A DNA stretch of 62,631 bases, filler included. It is 6 parts of 6 records of this genome, joined end to end, with 100 filler letters (N's around TTAATTAATTAA, not from the genome) between each part and the next. Parts side by side here need not be neighbours in the genome. Positions count along the whole stretch, not along the records: positions 56,657 to 62,631 come from SRR22947725_2638; 5 more parts are not named here. The stretch is one strand, 5' to 3'. Position 1 is the stretch's first letter. Each line of letters opens with the position of its first letter. Positions 60,617-62,631 of this stretch are shown here, one piece after another. The translations under genes and the position numbers were made by a program. Under the pieces are notes generated by a model. It did not search any database and was not told the DNA's origin. It worked only from the letters and a program-made list of their open reading frames with translations.

Positions 60617-61945
60617 ATGGACTGGGAACAATTACTCTCTTTAAAACGCCAAGGAGATCAAACAAAGCGAATTAGAAAAGAACAAGACGAAAATAGACTT
60701 GGCTTTGAAGTAGATTATGATAGAATTATTTTTTCCTCTGAATTTAGAAGCCTTCAAGATAAAACTCAGGTTATTCCTCTATCAGATAGTGATTTTGTTC
60801 ACACCAGATTAACCCACAGTTTAGAAGTAAGTGTTGTAGGAAGATCATTAGGCAGAAAAGTAGGTTCTAAAATATTACTAAAATACCCCCACCTTAAAGA
60901 AACACATGGGTATCAATCGAATGATTTTGGAGCTATTGTTGCATCCGCTTCATTAGCTCATGATATTGGGAACCCTCCATTTGGACATAGTGGTGAAAAA
61001 TCTATAGGCCAATATTTTAAAAAAGGAAATGGAACAAAACATGCTACAGAATTAACTAAAAAAGAATATCAAGATTTGTGTGATTACGAAGGTAACGCAA
61101 ATGGTTTTAAAATACTTACTCAATCAAGAGTTGGAAGAGAAGGTGGGCTTAGATTAAGTTATGCAACATTAGGAGCATTTGTTAAATATCCAAAAGAATC
61201 CTTACCGATTAGACCAACAAATAATGTAAGTGATAAAAAATTTGGAGTTTTTCAAAGTGAAGTTTCTGTATTTAATGATGTTTTTAATGAACTTGGATTA
61301 ATTGATAATGATAGTAAGTTTAGACATCCACTAGCTTTTTTAGTAGAAGCAGCGGATGATATATGTTATACAATAATTGATTTCGAAGACGGCATTAACC
61401 TGGGGCTCATTGAAGAGGAATTTGCTCTTGAGTATTTAATAAACTTAGTTAGAGATAGTATTAATATTGATAAATATAATTCACTTACCAATAAACAGGA
61501 TCGTGTAAGTTATTTAAGAGCATTAGCGATAAATACCTTAATAAACGAAGTAGTAGAAATTTTCATTACTAATGAAGAAGAAATTTTAAAAGGAAATTTT
61601 AAATCTTCATTACTTGACAAAAGTAAATTCTCAGCTCAAATTAATGACATCATTAAATTAAGTGTTAGCAACATTTATCAATCAAAAGAAGTAATTGAAA
61701 AAGAAATTTCAGGATATAACATTATTAATAAACTTCTTGATACGTTTATTATATCCCTTAATAATTATGAAGAAGGAACCGAGAGTAGTTATGATAAATT
61801 AATATTACATTTATTACCAAATCATATTAATTTAAAAGGCTCTAATTTGTATGATAGGTTAATTGGAGTATGTCATTTTATATCTTCCATGTCAGACTCT
61901 CAAGCTGTGACTATGTATAAAAAAATTACTGGGCACCAATTTTAA
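60617..61945 (+). CDS. dgt: dGTP/dNTP triphosphohydrolase
   Basis: DYDRIIFS..FR.LQDKTQV, RLTHSLEV, HDIGNPPFGH.GE, EAADDICY. Confidence 0.93.
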   Translation: MDWEQLLSLKRQGDQTKRIRKEQDENRLGFEVDYDRIIFSSEFRSLQDKTQVIPLSDSDFVHTRLTHSLEVSVVGRSLGRKVGSKILLKYPHLKETHGYQSNDFGAIVASASLAHDIGNPPFGHSGEKSIGQYFKKGNGTKHATELTKKEYQDLCDYEGNANGFKILTQSRVGREGGLRLSYATLGAFVKYPKESLPIRPTNNVSDKKFGVFQSEVSVFNDVFNELGLIDNDSKFRHPLAFLVEAADDICYTIIDFEDGINLGLIEEEFALEYLINLVRDSINIDKYNSLTNKQDRVSYLRALAINTLINEVVEIFITNEEEILKGNFKSSLLDKSKFSAQINDIIKLSVSNIYQSKEVIEKEISGYNIINKLLDTFIISLNNYEEGTESSYDKLILHLLPNHINLKGSNLYDRLIGVCHFISSMSDSQAVTMYKKITGHQF

Positions 61946-62631
61946 AAATTGCTGATAGTTTTTTCAAGGCTAGTTTTATCAAGACCTATTGATTCCTTTA
62001 ATTTCTTAGTATCTCCATGTTTGACAAAAACATCAGGAACTCCTAAAACTTTGACTTTATTTAAATAATTATTTTCAGACATAAATTCTAATATAGAACT
62101 ACCAAACCCTCCGGCTTTCACTCCATCTTCAATTGTGATTATCTTATCACCCCTTTGACATACTTTATGTAATATTTTGGTATCAATTGGTTTAATAAAT
62201 CTCATATCATACAAACTAAGGTCGAGTTTATTAGAAATGTCTATGACTTCATTTATAACTGTCCCAACACATAATATACTTAATAATTTACCACTTCTAA
62301 TCTGTTCACCTTGTCCAATTTTCACTTCTTCATACTTCTTTTTCCAATCTAGGATCAGACCTCTTCCTCTTGGGTATCTAATCGCTATTGGACCTCTATT
62401 TTTAAGTTGTGAGGTATATAAAATATTTCTGAGTTCTATTTCATTTTTCGGAGCAGAAATTATTAAGTTAGGAATGCATCTTAAATAAGAAATGTCAAAT
62501 ACTCCATGATGAGTAGCACCATCATTTCCAACTAAACCAGCTCTATCTATACAGAATATTACAGGAAGTTTTTGTATTGCCACATCATGAATAATTTGAT
62601 CATAAGCTCTTTGTAAAAAAGTCGAATAGAT
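61942..62631 (-). CDS. dxs: 1-deoxy-D-xylulose-5-phosphate synthase, C-terminal part (runs off the window)
   Basis: YSTFLQRAYDQIIHDVA, DRAGLVG.DGATHHG, AIRYPRG, DMRFIKPID. Confidence 0.95.
   Translation of the reverse strand: MYSTFLQRAYDQIIHDVAIQKLPVIFCIDRAGLVGNDGATHHGVFDISYLRCIPNLIISAPKNEIELRNILYTSQLKNRGPIAIRYPRGRGLILDWKKKYEEVKIGQGEQIRSGKLLSILCVGTVINEVIDISNKLDLSLYDMRFIKPIDTKILHKVCQRGDKIITIEDGVKAGGFGSSILEFMSENNYLNKVKVLGVPDVFVKHGDTKKLKESIGLDKTSLEKTISNF

Noticed and set aside
60617-61945. dGTPase as an anti-phage defence gene
   Set aside because: Housekeeping context next to dxs, with no defence-island neighbours.

Overview
This window is not one genome. It holds six unrelated marine bacterial contigs joined by artificial 100-nt linkers (N44-TTAATTAATTAA-N44). 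(1) 1-9504: AT-rich Flavobacteriia-like housekeeping region with tRNA-Val, TonB, a sulfatase, tatA, an M1 peptidase and a partial tRNA-Gly. (2) 9605-20396: AT-rich, probably alphaproteobacterial aromatic-catabolism cluster (MhpA-like monooxygenase, two extradiol dioxygenases, FAH hydrolase, IclR regulator, TRAP transporter). (3) 20497-41644: streamlined gammaproteobacterium, probably SUP05/Thioglobus-like, with tmm, mraZ-rsmH-ftsL-ftsI, dnaG, rpsO, prfB, hisIE, glnK-amtB-ANTAR regulator, ligA, dapA/dapE, trmD and ccm genes. (4) 41745-50636: Bacteroidota sulfatase locus with a hybrid two-component regulator. (5) 50737-56556: a higher-GC integrative-element/satellite replication module (DUF927-like helicase, TGTCCCA iteron-like array, HGGxSTG protein) abutting phoR-pstS-pstC. 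(6) 56657-62631: Flavobacteriia lipoprotein/TonB receptor pair, dgt and dxs. The most striking finding is in the ~190-nt glnK-amtB leader. It holds two tandem ANTAR-type attenuators, each a pair of A1/G4 hexaloop hairpins whose second hairpin overlaps an intrinsic terminator. A pseudo-receiver ANTAR protein is encoded just downstream, which suggests ammonium uptake is controlled by antitermination. Taxonomic and family calls come from recalled motifs, not database searches.
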